Of a DNA stretch of 64,000 nt, positions 28,985 to 39,748 are shown piece by piece (the first letter of the stretch is position 1; each line of letters opens with the position of its first letter). The stretch comes from an uncultured Bacteroidota bacterium (GTDB lineage Bacteria; CLD3; SB21; JBBIRG01), in NCBI GenBank assembly GCA_964609675.1, contig CAZSRX010000021.1:373-64372 (forward strand), given 5' to 3'. The notes under the pieces were generated by a model. The model was not told the origin of the DNA. It saw nothing but the letters and a program-made list of their open reading frames with translations, and searched no databases. Both the position numbers and the translations under genes were made by a program.

Positions 28985-30563
28985 GGCGTTTCAGGGGATA
29001 AATGGTACGTTCGGCGAGCGGAATAAACAGGTGATCCAGGCCCAAGGTTCTTTCTGAAGCGGTCTGGTAAGTCAGAATGATACCGACAATACCGAGGACA
29101 ATGTTGGGAAACCACATGGCAAAAAACGGATTGAGCAGCTGGCGATCGCCGTAGTCCTCGCCCAGCACCAGGCAGAAGTAATAGGCGATGAAGAAAAACA
29201 AACTGATACCGCCGGCGATACCGAGATTGCCGCGGCGGGCCTTGACGCCGATAGGCGCGCCGAGCAGTACAAAAATAATACAGGCCGCCGGGATAGAATA
29301 TTTTTTATTCACTTCAATCATCAACTGATCTATCATTTTCTGGTAGTTCGTGGCGGCGGTTATATTGGCTATCAGCGGCTGGGTCAGCGTCAGGAGCGCC
29401 TGCCGTGCTGAATCCTGGCGGACGCGCGCGTTTTCCCGACCGACGAATTCTTTCGGTAGCGGAATGATGTTCATTTGGGTATCAATGCCACTGGGTGCAG
29501 TCGGGCGCAACCGCCCCATCCAACCCTGCATACTGAACGGGGTTGTTATCCCTGTTTCCGAAGCGGAAGCCGCCGTGCTGTCTTCGCGATTTTTCAGATG
29601 GTGCCACATAATAAAATCGCTGAGGCGGTCCCACCACGACAGCCGTATTACCTGCCGTTCCAGCATCTCCCGGTGTTTCGGTTCAAGCGCTTCCAGTACA
29701 TCCGGATTTTTTTCGATGATTTTCTGTATGCTTTCCATCCGCTGGCGTTTTTCTTCCAGACGGTGGCGCACCTCGTCCATCAGCTGGGCGATGTTTTTTT
29801 CCCTATCGTTGTAATAACTTTCATCGGTTTTTTTCAGCGTCATGTTCTCCACCGGTATCGTAACCCGGTAGGAATGAAACCGAACAAGCTGGTAGTCATT
29901 GATTTTCCGGAGATTGACTTCATGAATCTCGCCCTCTTCCAGATGCACAATCATGGCTTCCTGGAATTCATCCACTGTAATGGCGCCGCGGGCGGCAGTG
30001 ATGGTTCGTACCGCATCGCGGTTAGAGCGGTCAAAGATCGTTACACCGTATATCGCGCCGCTCCATTCGTCTTTGTTTTCGACAATCATGCTGAAATTCT
30101 CGATACCATCCAGAAAGACTCCGGGCTGGAGCGTCAGCGTGGGGCGTTTTGTCTGGATGTTTTTCTTCAGGACGCGGGCTTTGTGGTTGGCCACCGGAAG
30201 CACCTTGTCATTAAACTCAATCAACCCGTAGGTGAGCACCGCGGCGACCAGCAGTACCGGGGTTATCAGCCGGTAAAAACTGATACCGCCGGCCTTGAGC
30301 GCCGTGATTTCGTTGTCGGAGGCCAGCCGCCCGAACGCCATGATCGCCGCCACCAGTACCGACATCGGCACGACCAGCACCATGATCCATGCCAGATTGT
30401 AAACAATGAACTCGGCGATGACGTCCAGCCCGATACCTTTACCGATGATGTAGCGCATGGCTTGCAGCACAAAATTCAGCACCAGCATGGATGTGATAAT
30501 GGTTATCGAAAACAGAAAGGGACCGACATGTTCACGCAGAATATATCGGGCAACAATAAACAT
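28950..30563 (-). CDS. LptF/LptG-family LPS export permease (YjgP/YjgQ) with a large internal insertion
   Basis: MFIVARYILREHVGPFLFSITIITSMLVL (N-terminus of YjgP/YjgQ). 537 aa versus about 360 typical. A roughly 170-aa charged insert sits in the periplasmic domain. Confidence 0.6.
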   Translation of the reverse strand: MFIVARYILREHVGPFLFSITIITSMLVLNFVLQAMRYIIGKGIGLDVIAEFIVYNLAWIMVLVVPMSVLVAAIMAFGRLASDNEITALKAGGISFYRLITPVLLVAAVLTYGLIEFNDKVLPVANHKARVLKKNIQTKRPTLTLQPGVFLDGIENFSMIVENKDEWSGAIYGVTIFDRSNRDAVRTITAARGAITVDEFQEAMIVHLEEGEIHEVNLRKINDYQLVRFHSYRVTIPVENMTLKKTDESYYNDREKNIAQLMDEVRHRLEEKRQRMESIQKIIEKNPDVLEALEPKHREMLERQVIRLSWWDRLSDFIMWHHLKNREDSTAASASETGITTPFSMQGWMGRLRPTAPSGIDTQMNIIPLPKEFVGRENARVRQDSARQALLTLTQPLIANITAATNYQKMIDQLMIEVNKKYSIPAACIIFVLLGAPIGVKARRGNLGIAGGISLFFFIAYYFCLVLGEDYGDRQLLNPFFAMWFPNIVLGIVGIILTYQTASERTLGLDHLFIPLAERTIYPLKRLVSRKPKDSYE

Positions 30564-30598
30564 GGAATCGTATCGGTCAAAAAGGCGAATAGGCTGGT

Positions 30599-31198
30599 TC
30601 AGGTTTTTCGGGCCGCTTTGAGCATAGAAATCTGATCGCGCAGGCGAGCCGCGGCTTCATAATCTTCCGATTCCACGGCCTGCTGAAGCTCTTGCTCCAG
30701 TTTATTGAGAAGCAGGGTGGTTTCATCGCCGCTATCGGTATGAGCGGCCGTCAATGGCTGGGCTTTGACGAAATGACCGGTTTGCGCGTCTATCTCGAGA
30801 CCGGCCGTATCCATAACTTCTTCGTTGACAAAAATAGGCGCGCCGACCCGGATGGCAATGGCGATGGCGTCCGAAGGACGGGAATCGATGATCTGTTCGC
30901 CGGTGCTGATATTATCCAAGTAAATGGAAGCATAAAAAGTGTTTTTGTTCAGTTCCGTAATAACCACTCGTTTGACTTCCGTATCAAGCGCTTCGAGAAT
31001 CTGCACGGTCAGGTCATGGGTAAAAGGACGGAACGGCTTGATGCCCTGAAGTTCCAGCGCAATGGCGTGGGCCTCGGGCGCTCCGATAACAACGGGAAGA
31101 ATACGACTCCGCTCCGCGTTGACTTCCATCAGCTGGAGCACATAGCCGTTGGTCTGTTCGTCTTCAATAATCCACTTGATTTCAACCTGTATTTCCAT
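30599..31198 (-). CDS. bifunctional nuclease (BFN/DUF151) family protein with C-terminal UVR motif
   Basis: GYVLQLMEVNAERSRILPVVIGAPEAHAIALEL...THDL is the BFN core. The C-terminus EDYEAAARLRDQISMLK is a UvrB/UvrC-type UVR helix. Confidence 0.6.
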   Translation of the reverse strand: MEIQVEIKWIIEDEQTNGYVLQLMEVNAERSRILPVVIGAPEAHAIALELQGIKPFRPFTHDLTVQILEALDTEVKRVVITELNKNTFYASIYLDNISTGEQIIDSRPSDAIAIAIRVGAPIFVNEEVMDTAGLEIDAQTGHFVKAQPLTAAHTDSGDETTLLLNKLEQELQQAVESEDYEAAARLRDQISMLKAARKT

Positions 31199-31311
31199 GA
31201 CCCTTGCTTTCTTGATACAGGACTTCTCTCTGTATTAGTTTAGGAAACCTGAAGCTTAAAATCAAATCAAATTTACGGCTTCAGCCGTTCGGCGGTTAGC
31301 CGGCAGATACA

Positions 31312-32151
31312 TTAGGATGGAAAATGCAGGTCCGGTATTTCCTGAATCAGCCCGTAATAATAACAGTAAGTCAGGTATTCCCGGATGCTGTCCAATGCTG
31401 GGGGATTAAGTTCATACGTCAGGGATTGGGAGAGATGATTTTCGAGCACGCCAGCCGATAATTCCTGAATCGGATTTAGCTGAAGATACTCCTGAACCAG
31501 CGCGGGCACATGATGAATCCCTTCATCGCGCGCCTGCTGAAACAATGCGACATCCTGCGGCTTGAGTATGCCAACTCCGGCGACCCAGAAAGCAGACACC
31601 ATGGGCAGGCCATCCGTCAGGTCGTACCATTCCTCGCCAAGATCCAGATAATTATCGCACCGGTCATATTCCCGAAGCGCCTCTACCCCGCTGATCAGGA
31701 CCGCATCCTGATGGATAAGAAGTTCCCCGGCCGATGTTTGGCCCACCGTCAGGATTTCCGGAGTCAGGTCATATTTTTCTTTCAGAAGAATCTGCATCAG
31801 AGGAATGTGTTCGGCGCTTTGCGCGGTTACCGCCACGCGACGAATGCGTTCCAGCCCACGGTTGAACATCAGCAACACGCCGCTGTGAGAATCCTTAACG
31901 ACCACGCCGATGTCAGGAATGATTTCGACGCCGCGATGCGCCCGTATCAGAGAATATTGTATAACGGGAACCAGGCCCGCGTCGAGCTCACGCACGGCCA
32001 ATCCCCTTACAATTTCGGAATAAGAACGTGGAATGCACTGTACGCGCTTATGGTATGGCGGTTGGGATAAGGAAACCGTAAGCGGCAGAGCGTCCGTATT
32101 TCCGGGTATGCCGGCCCGGATAACCTTTTCATCCTGCGGTAGCGCGGACAC
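31312..32151 (-). CDS. MqnA/MqnD-family protein (possible chorismate dehydratase of the futalosine menaquinone pathway)
   Basis: SYSEIVRGLAVRELDAGLVPVIQY resembles the MqnA motif PSxLNxxLxxGELDxAxIPSIEY. Length 279 aa fits. Confidence 0.45.
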   Translation of the reverse strand: MSALPQDEKVIRAGIPGNTDALPLTVSLSQPPYHKRVQCIPRSYSEIVRGLAVRELDAGLVPVIQYSLIRAHRGVEIIPDIGVVVKDSHSGVLLMFNRGLERIRRVAVTAQSAEHIPLMQILLKEKYDLTPEILTVGQTSAGELLIHQDAVLISGVEALREYDRCDNYLDLGEEWYDLTDGLPMVSAFWVAGVGILKPQDVALFQQARDEGIHHVPALVQEYLQLNPIQELSAGVLENHLSQSLTYELNPPALDSIREYLTYCYYYGLIQEIPDLHFPS

Positions 32152-32480
32152 TATGAATCCTCTTCATCCTCATCCAGATCCTCGTCTTCGTCTTCCTCCG
32201 CACCGGATTCCCATTCGCCGACCTCATCGTCATCTTCGGATAGTTCGTTATCCGGCATTTCCAGGTCTTTGATGGCTTCTTTCGCTTTGGCTAATTGATC
32301 CTCAGGAACCAGAATCTTGATTTCAGAGAGGTCGCCGACAAAAACGACGTTCACATGGTCTTTTTGCGAAAACACCGTGCAATCAATACCGCAGGACTCC
32401 AGCTGGTCGCGGATGATTTCGGCCTGATGTTCGTAGTTAACGGTTTCCAGGACAACCCATCCTTCGATTTTTTCCGTCAT
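32151..32480 (-). CDS. small DUF2007-like protein with a poly-acidic C-terminal tail
   Basis: 109 aa. C-terminus ELSEDDDEVGEWESGAEEDEDEDLDEDEEDS. Confidence 0.4.
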   Translation of the reverse strand: MTEKIEGWVVLETVNYEHQAEIIRDQLESCGIDCTVFSQKDHVNVVFVGDLSEIKILVPEDQLAKAKEAIKDLEMPDNELSEDDDEVGEWESGAEEDEDEDLDEDEEDS

Positions 32481-32590
32481 GATGACACTCCCTTTGGTGG
32501 TTAAAAAAAACGTTATCCGCAGGACGGTGCATCCATCTTACGGATAACGCCTTTTATAGGTGGTATCAGCCGTTGGAACGGCGTTTCCGT

Positions 32591-33505
32591 TTATTTCCCT
32601 GACAAGCTCTTTATCCAGTATTCCGCGGATTCTCTCCAACGGCGGCTGGTCTTAGAGGCTTCGTAATATTTCAAGGCTTCTTGCTTGTTGTATAATTTGC
32701 GGTAAGCGTCGCCCAGTTCAAAATTCAGCGCCGCCGTGGTCTCAGCGTCTCTGGATGCTTTCAGCCCGTTCAATCCGTGCTTTATCGCTTCCTGATAATC
32801 GCCCGTAATATTCATCGCACTGGTTAATTCCAGAAGGGCCTTGGCATTATTCACATTTTTCTCCACCGCATCCTTCAATACGACAATCGCTTCCTTCAGC
32901 TGGCCAAGCCCGTCTTTAAGGACTTTCCCTTTGAGATATAAAATATCGTCATCGGTCGGATTATCTTTCAGATAGGCATCCATGGTTTCGATGGCTTTTT
33001 TATACTCCTTGGTATCCACATACAGGTTGGCTTTGTAGCTGATAGCCAAGGAAGCGGCTTCCTTGTCGCCGTCCTTCATGGTAATCGCTTTGTCATAATT
33101 GGCCAGAGCGCTGGCGTTATCGCCAATGCGGCGGTAAGATAATCCCAGATTGATATAGGCTTTCTGGTAATTAGGATCCAGTTTCACGGCTTCCTGAAAT
33201 TCCTTGATGGCCTGCATGTAGTTGCCCTGTTTGTAATAATCCGTGCCGGCTTTGAACTTCGCTTTGGCCTGCTGCTGGGCTCCCATCGAGGCCAGTTTTT
33301 CCTGGTTTTGTCGTTCGATGGCTTCTTTCTGCTTTTTCCATTCTTCCAGTTTTTTCTGGTATTCTTCGTCCTGGTTCTCCTGAGCCACGACGGCCATAGC
33401 CATGCAAATACCGATGGCCAGTGACAAGCCAAAACACAAGAAACGTTTGTTCATGGTAAACACCTCCGCGGAATTGGGTTTAAAAAAAATCTTTTTATAA
33501 TACAT
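32591..33505 (-). CDS. secreted TPR-repeat protein
   Basis: Signal peptide (likely start MNKRFLCFGLSLAIGICMAMAVVAQ near 33454) followed by several 34-aa TPR-like repeats (AxxNLGLSYRRIGD..., ALANYDKAI...). Confidence 0.65.
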   Translation of the reverse strand: MYYKKIFFKPNSAEVFTMNKRFLCFGLSLAIGICMAMAVVAQENQDEEYQKKLEEWKKQKEAIERQNQEKLASMGAQQQAKAKFKAGTDYYKQGNYMQAIKEFQEAVKLDPNYQKAYINLGLSYRRIGDNASALANYDKAITMKDGDKEAASLAISYKANLYVDTKEYKKAIETMDAYLKDNPTDDDILYLKGKVLKDGLGQLKEAIVVLKDAVEKNVNNAKALLELTSAMNITGDYQEAIKHGLNGLKASRDAETTAALNFELGDAYRKLYNKQEALKYYEASKTSRRWRESAEYWIKSLSGK

Positions 33506-33545
33506 ACCTCAACGTGTATACCGGTAAATAAGAAATGAGACTTTG

Positions 33546-33627
33546 TGCCGAAGGCGGGATTTGAACCCGCACGCTGTTACGCGCCACCCCCTCAAGATGG
33601 TGTGTCTGCCAATTTCACCACTTCGGC
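33546..33627 (-). tRNA. tRNA-Leu (anticodon GAG), class II, no encoded CCA
   Basis: The reverse complement reads GCCGAAGTGGTGAAATTGGCAGACACACCATCTTGAGGGGGTGGCGCGTAACAGCGTGCGGGTTCAAATCCCGCCTTCGGCA. Anticodon stem CCATC/GGTGG with loop TTGAGGG. Confidence 0.75.
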
Positions 33628-33695
33628 AAAACAAGGAAATTTTTCTTAGTTTTAATTTAAGGAAAATTTCCGATTATTCCAATATTTTTTTTCGG

Positions 33696-34004
33696 CTATT
33701 CCTGAGCCGGCAAAGCCGGGGCGCCGCCGCTCTGTTCGAGTTCCGTTTCGATAATGCCTTTTTCGGTTCCGGTATCATGAATTCCGCGGATATTCAGGGC
33801 AATGCTGAGCAAGGCAAATAAAATGGAAAGAAATACCGTGGCTTTAACCAGAGTATCCACCGCCTGCCGTCCGCTGAGGAACGGCGTGGAGGCGCCGCCG
33901 CCGATACCGGCCAAACCGCCGCCTTTGCTGGCCTGCAGAAGGATAGCAATCATCAGCAGGACACTCACGATGATGTGAACCACAACAAGAATCGTAAATA
34001 ACAT
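33696..34004 (-). CDS. secG: preprotein translocase subunit SecG
   Basis: MLFTILVVVHIIVSVLLMIAILLQASKGGGLAGIGGG is a typical SecG N-terminus. Confidence 0.8.
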   Translation of the reverse strand: MLFTILVVVHIIVSVLLMIAILLQASKGGGLAGIGGGASTPFLSGRQAVDTLVKATVFLSILFALLSIALNIRGIHDTGTEKGIIETELEQSGGAPALPAQE

Positions 34005-34034
34005 TCGTCACTCCGTTAGTATATGAATATTCAG

Positions 34035-34799
34035 TTAACTTACCGTTTCGGCCGCGCGCACGATGGCGGCAAAGGAATCGGCGTCGAGGCTGGCGCCGCC
34101 GACCAGAGCCCCGTCGATATTTTCCGATCCCAGCAGGGCCTGAGCGTTGTCGGGTTTGACGCTGCCGCCGTATTGAATGATCAGTTCCGCCGCCAGGCCG
34201 GCGCCATACATTTTTTCAGTGAGCGCCCGGATTTGTCTGTGGACGTCGTCGGCCTGCTGAACGGTGGCGTTGCGGCCCGTGCCGATAGCCCACACCGGTT
34301 CATAGGCAATGACCAGCCGACGCACCTGCGAATCGGTCAGGTCTTTCATGGCGCCGGTGAACTGTTTTTCAATCACCGCTTCGGTCCGGCCGTTTTCGCG
34401 CTCTTCGAGCGTCTCGCCGATGCACACGATCGGGCGCAGGTTTTCGGCCAGCGCGATTTGTATTTTTTGGTTCACCGATGTGTCCGTCTCGCCGAAAAAC
34501 TGCCGCCGCTCCGAATGACCGATAATCACGAGCTCACAGCCGGCATCCTTGATCATGGCAGCGGAAATTTCTCCGGTAAACGCGCCGGATTTCTGGAAAT
34601 ACAGATTCTGGGCGCCCATCAGGATTTTAGTGCCTCTTAAAATTTCCGTAACGGCGGGAATCGCGATAAACGGCGGGCACACGCCCATTTCCGTTTTCTT
34701 GATATCGGTCAGCTTGATCTTCAGCGCCCGGGCCAGCGCCATCGCCTCCGACGGCGTTTTATTCATCTTCCAGTTGCCGACAATAAATTTTTTTCTCAT
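34035..34799 (-). CDS. tpiA: triosephosphate isomerase
   Basis: MRKKFIVGNWKMNKT...IGHSERR...AYEPVWAIGTG are canonical TIM motifs. Confidence 0.9.
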   Translation of the reverse strand: MRKKFIVGNWKMNKTPSEAMALARALKIKLTDIKKTEMGVCPPFIAIPAVTEILRGTKILMGAQNLYFQKSGAFTGEISAAMIKDAGCELVIIGHSERRQFFGETDTSVNQKIQIALAENLRPIVCIGETLEERENGRTEAVIEKQFTGAMKDLTDSQVRRLVIAYEPVWAIGTGRNATVQQADDVHRQIRALTEKMYGAGLAAELIIQYGGSVKPDNAQALLGSENIDGALVGGASLDADSFAAIVRAAETVS

Positions 34800-34808
34800 A
34801 ACAGCCTC

Positions 34809-36005
34809 TTATGCGTTGGTTAAAGCTTCCACGCCGGGCAGAAGTTTGCCTTCCATAAATTCAAGGGAGGCGCCGCCGCCGGTGGATACGTGAGAAACCA
34901 ATTTAGACATTCCCATGTCCGTGATGGCCGCCGTGGAGTCGCCGCCGCCGACAATCGTCACACCGCCGTTGTTTGTGCATTCCACGAGCGCTTCCGCGAT
35001 GGCGCGCGTCCCGCCTGAAAAGTTTTCCATTTCAAATACGCCCATCGGCCCGTTCCAGACCGCGGTTTTGGCTTTCGTGATTTCTTTTTTGAAAAGCTCT
35101 ACGGTGGCCGGCCCGATATCCATACCAATCCAGCCGGGCGGCATAGCGTCCATCGGCACGGTCTTGAACTCGGTATCGTTCTTAAACTCTTTGGCAATCA
35201 CCACATCCACGGGGAACAGGATGGTCTTATTCATGGAGCGGGCTTTTTCAATGATGGCTTTCGCAAGGTCCGCTTTTTCGGCTTCGAACAGCGACTGCCC
35301 GATTTCTTTGCCCATAACTTTGGCGAAGGTAAACATCATGCCGCCGCCGATAAGGATGGAGTCCACTTTGCCCAGCAGGTTTTCGATGACGTCAATCTTT
35401 CCGGAAACTTTCGCGCCGCCGATAATCGCCGTAAACGGCCGCTGGGGATTGTTCAGATGCGCGCCGAGGTACTTCAACTCCTGCTGCATCAGATAGCCGG
35501 CGATATTTTGTTTGAAATAGCGCGTAACGCCCTCGGTGGAGGCGTGCGCGCGATGCGCCGTGGCAAACGCGTCGTTGACGTAAATATCGCCGTACGACGC
35601 CAGCGTTTTAGCAAAATTCTCGTCGTTATTTTCTTCCTCGTTGTAATAACGCAGGTTCTCAAGCAACAGGACTTCGCCGGCGGCAAGGCTTTTGACCATC
35701 GCTTCCGTTTCCGGCCCGATGCAATCCGGCGCCATCTTCACGGGCTTATCTAACAGTTCGGAAAGCCGCACGGCGCAAGGCTTCAGAGACATCGAGGGGT
35801 TTTTCTTGCCTTTGGGCCTGCCCAAATGGCTCATAATCACGCACCGGCCGCCGTCGTGAAGGATTTTCTTGATGGTCGGCACCGACTCGCGGATGCGCGT
35901 GTCATCGGTAATATTCAGCTTATCGTCCAGAGGCACATTGAAATCCACGCGCAACAGCACGCGCTTATCCTTAAAATTGACTTTATCAACGGTTAATTTA
36001 TGCAT
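34809..36005 (-). CDS. pgk: phosphoglycerate kinase
   Basis: MHKLTVDKVNFKDKRVLLRVDFNVPLDD...SHLGRP...GGGASLE. Start placed at the internal ATG at 36005, not the upstream ORF-track Met. Confidence 0.9.
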   Translation of the reverse strand: MHKLTVDKVNFKDKRVLLRVDFNVPLDDKLNITDDTRIRESVPTIKKILHDGGRCVIMSHLGRPKGKKNPSMSLKPCAVRLSELLDKPVKMAPDCIGPETEAMVKSLAAGEVLLLENLRYYNEEENNDENFAKTLASYGDIYVNDAFATAHRAHASTEGVTRYFKQNIAGYLMQQELKYLGAHLNNPQRPFTAIIGGAKVSGKIDVIENLLGKVDSILIGGGMMFTFAKVMGKEIGQSLFEAEKADLAKAIIEKARSMNKTILFPVDVVIAKEFKNDTEFKTVPMDAMPPGWIGMDIGPATVELFKKEITKAKTAVWNGPMGVFEMENFSGGTRAIAEALVECTNNGGVTIVGGGDSTAAITDMGMSKLVSHVSTGGGASLEFMEGKLLPGVEALTNA

Positions 36006-36037
36006 GGCTGTATCTCCAACCTGATTTAACGCCGGGT

Positions 36038-37159
<1,122 letters not shown>

Positions 37160-37241
37160 TTATAATATAATAACATTTAAAAAAAAGTCAATTAAAATTG
37201 CTTAAACCCGCTGCAACCGTAGTCTTATAAAGTTTCACCGA

Positions 37242-39635
37242 TTATTTATGCGTCATGGTAAACACGCCATCCCAGTCGGCTCCCGGAGGATTGGCTTTGA
37301 ACGCTTCACACCGCTTAAGGTATTCGAGAGAAGGCCCGTCGTCGGCTTTGTGGCGTAGGGCCGTTTTGAAATAGACTATCGCCTCATCCCATCGCTGCTG
37401 CCGGTAAGCCAGAAGGCCCTGCTCATAGGATTCCATCACTTTTTTCATGGTGCTTGAGAGGCCGGTGGATTTTCGAGCCATCACGTTGAACACCTTAACC
37501 GGTTTCTCTTTTCCTTTCACCCGGATGAGGTCTAATTCCCGCCCGATAATCTGGTCTTTAACCAAATCGAACGTCCACTCGGTGCACATGATGTCCGTAC
37601 CGTATTCTTTATTGGCGCCTTCGAGACGCGAGGCGAGGTTGACGTTATCGCCCATGACGGTGTAGTCGAACACGGAATCCGAACCCATGTTGCCGAGTAC
37701 GACTTCGCCGCTGTTAATACCGGCGCGCATAAACAATTCCGGCCGGCCTTCTTTGCGCCATTTGACGCGCATTTCCACGAGTTTTTCCTGCATCTCCAGC
37801 GCGGCGCAGCAGGCCTTCAGCGCGTGGTCTTCATCGGGCAGGGGCGCGCCGAACTCCGCCATAATCGCGTCGCCTTCGTATTTGTCGATGATGCCGTCGT
37901 ATTTGGAAATGATGTCCGTCATCGCGGTCAGGTATTCGTTCAAAAGGGCGACAAGTTCCACAGGTGTCAGTTTCTCGCTGAGCGTGGTAAAACCCGCTAC
38001 GTCGGTAAACATCACGCTCAGGAAGCGCACTTCCCCGCCGAGCTTGAGCAGGCCGGGATTGGCAATCAACTGATCCACCACTTTTTCCGGCAGGTAGCGC
38101 CCGAAGGCGTTGCGGATAGTGGCTTTTTCGCGCCGTTCGCCGAGATACTGGAACAGCACGTTGCCCACGTAAGTGAATCCCACCGCCATAATCGGCGTTA
38201 CAATCTGCATGTGCACGTTGCTGCTGACGAAAAGATAGAACGACATGGCCATGATGCCAAGCACTACAATAATGAATATCGGCAAGGCCAGCAGAGGTTT
38301 CTGCAGGCGGCTCACGACAAAGAACACCAGAAAAGACATTAAGGTCACGATAATGACGCGCCATACGTCGCTCTGCATGGTGATATAATTGTCTTGCATG
38401 ATGGTGTATATGGCGTTGGCGTGGATCTCCACCCCGGGCATCAGCGTTTCCCGTTTTTTACCTTCTATGTCGCGCACCTGACTGAGCGGTACGGAGAACA
38501 CGTCGTGCAGTTCCTCCATCGTCGCGCCGAGCAGAACAATTTTGTCCTTGAAAAACCCCGATTGCAGCAAACCGCCGGGTATGCCCAGCACGGTATCCGG
38601 TTCCTGATCGAATGAATCCAAATCGAACTGCGGCTTCAATTCGAATTCACTGTCGTCCACCACGTCCGCGAAGGATTTGTATGGAAACGTTTTAAAGGGC
38701 CCGACAAAATTAATCAGGTACGAATAGGGTTTATACTTGCGAATTACCTTATCGCCGAAGACGAAGAAATTTTCGTCATTCTGAAATTGGACGCTGTCCG
38801 GGATATTGTAATATTTGCGCAGCACTTCGATACCGAAGGAGTAGAACATTTCGGGATTTTCTTCCGAGCCCATGACCTCTTCCAGAAGATACTGGCGCCA
38901 GAATCCGTCGATGTCGTTGGTCACGCCGACGAAACCCCAGGTGCCGCCGGCCTCGAGAAACTTGTTCAGCGGCTGTACCCGCAGGTCGTATTGGCCCTGA
39001 CCGCCGCCGACTTCGGCCTTGACGACTTTCCCCGCCAGCACCACATTGCCGGCTTCACGGATCGCCTCGGCCATGTCGTCGTCTTTTTCGGTACCGTTGT
39101 AATCCGGCGCATCGAACACCACGTCGATACCGACCACCTTAGCACCGGCTTTTTTCATGTTGCGGATGAAATGCGCGTAATAGTTTCGCGGCCACGGCCA
39201 CCGGTCTTTCACGACTTCCGCGGCCTGATCGCCGATATCCACAATAATAATCGGCGATTCCTCGGGCTTGATTTTCTTTTCATGGTCAAAATATTCATAC
39301 CGGAACGCGAAGCGCTGGTCCAGCATCTTCAGCTCCAGCGTCTCAATCGCCTTGACGCCAATCAGAAAACTGCCCAGCCAGACCGCCAGCAACGTGATGA
39401 AAATTCCTGACAGTGTCTTATTTTTAAATCCGGCGAAATAGATTCCAAGAATGGCCGCCAGCAAGGACAGCGCAGTCAGACCTATATGGATTACATAAAA
39501 CATAAATACAGACTCGCCGATATCCGGCAAAAGTTTGGTGACCAGATTCGGAATGAACATCAACAGCGCGATAATCAGACATATCAAAGCCATGGTGTTT
39601 TGTCTGAGCGATTTCCAGAATTCTCCTTTAGCCAT
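37242..39635 (-). CDS. CHASE2 sensor domain-containing class III adenylate/guanylate cyclase
   Basis: N-terminal TM helices and a CHASE2-like periplasmic region, further TM helices, then the cyclase core LSVMFTDVAGFTTLSE...GDAIMAEFG...NLASRLE. Confidence 0.75.
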   Translation of the reverse strand: MAKGEFWKSLRQNTMALICLIIALLMFIPNLVTKLLPDIGESVFMFYVIHIGLTALSLLAAILGIYFAGFKNKTLSGIFITLLAVWLGSFLIGVKAIETLELKMLDQRFAFRYEYFDHEKKIKPEESPIIIVDIGDQAAEVVKDRWPWPRNYYAHFIRNMKKAGAKVVGIDVVFDAPDYNGTEKDDDMAEAIREAGNVVLAGKVVKAEVGGGQGQYDLRVQPLNKFLEAGGTWGFVGVTNDIDGFWRQYLLEEVMGSEENPEMFYSFGIEVLRKYYNIPDSVQFQNDENFFVFGDKVIRKYKPYSYLINFVGPFKTFPYKSFADVVDDSEFELKPQFDLDSFDQEPDTVLGIPGGLLQSGFFKDKIVLLGATMEELHDVFSVPLSQVRDIEGKKRETLMPGVEIHANAIYTIMQDNYITMQSDVWRVIIVTLMSFLVFFVVSRLQKPLLALPIFIIVVLGIMAMSFYLFVSSNVHMQIVTPIMAVGFTYVGNVLFQYLGERREKATIRNAFGRYLPEKVVDQLIANPGLLKLGGEVRFLSVMFTDVAGFTTLSEKLTPVELVALLNEYLTAMTDIISKYDGIIDKYEGDAIMAEFGAPLPDEDHALKACCAALEMQEKLVEMRVKWRKEGRPELFMRAGINSGEVVLGNMGSDSVFDYTVMGDNVNLASRLEGANKEYGTDIMCTEWTFDLVKDQIIGRELDLIRVKGKEKPVKVFNVMARKSTGLSSTMKKVMESYEQGLLAYRQQRWDEAIVYFKTALRHKADDGPSLEYLKRCEAFKANPPGADWDGVFTMTHK

Positions 39636-39748
39636 ATTTTATTCCTCGCAGAATATTAAGTTTGATGCCGCAATATAATGAAATATAAAAATAAAAACCT
39701 AACTTAAATTTCTCTAAGTTAGGTTTTTATCCGTAGGTGTTTCATCAT

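Noticed and set aside
29350-30635. Plus-strand ORFs 29350-29814 and 29475-30635 (386 aa)
   Set aside because: Antisense to the LptF/G-family permease, with no features of real proteins.
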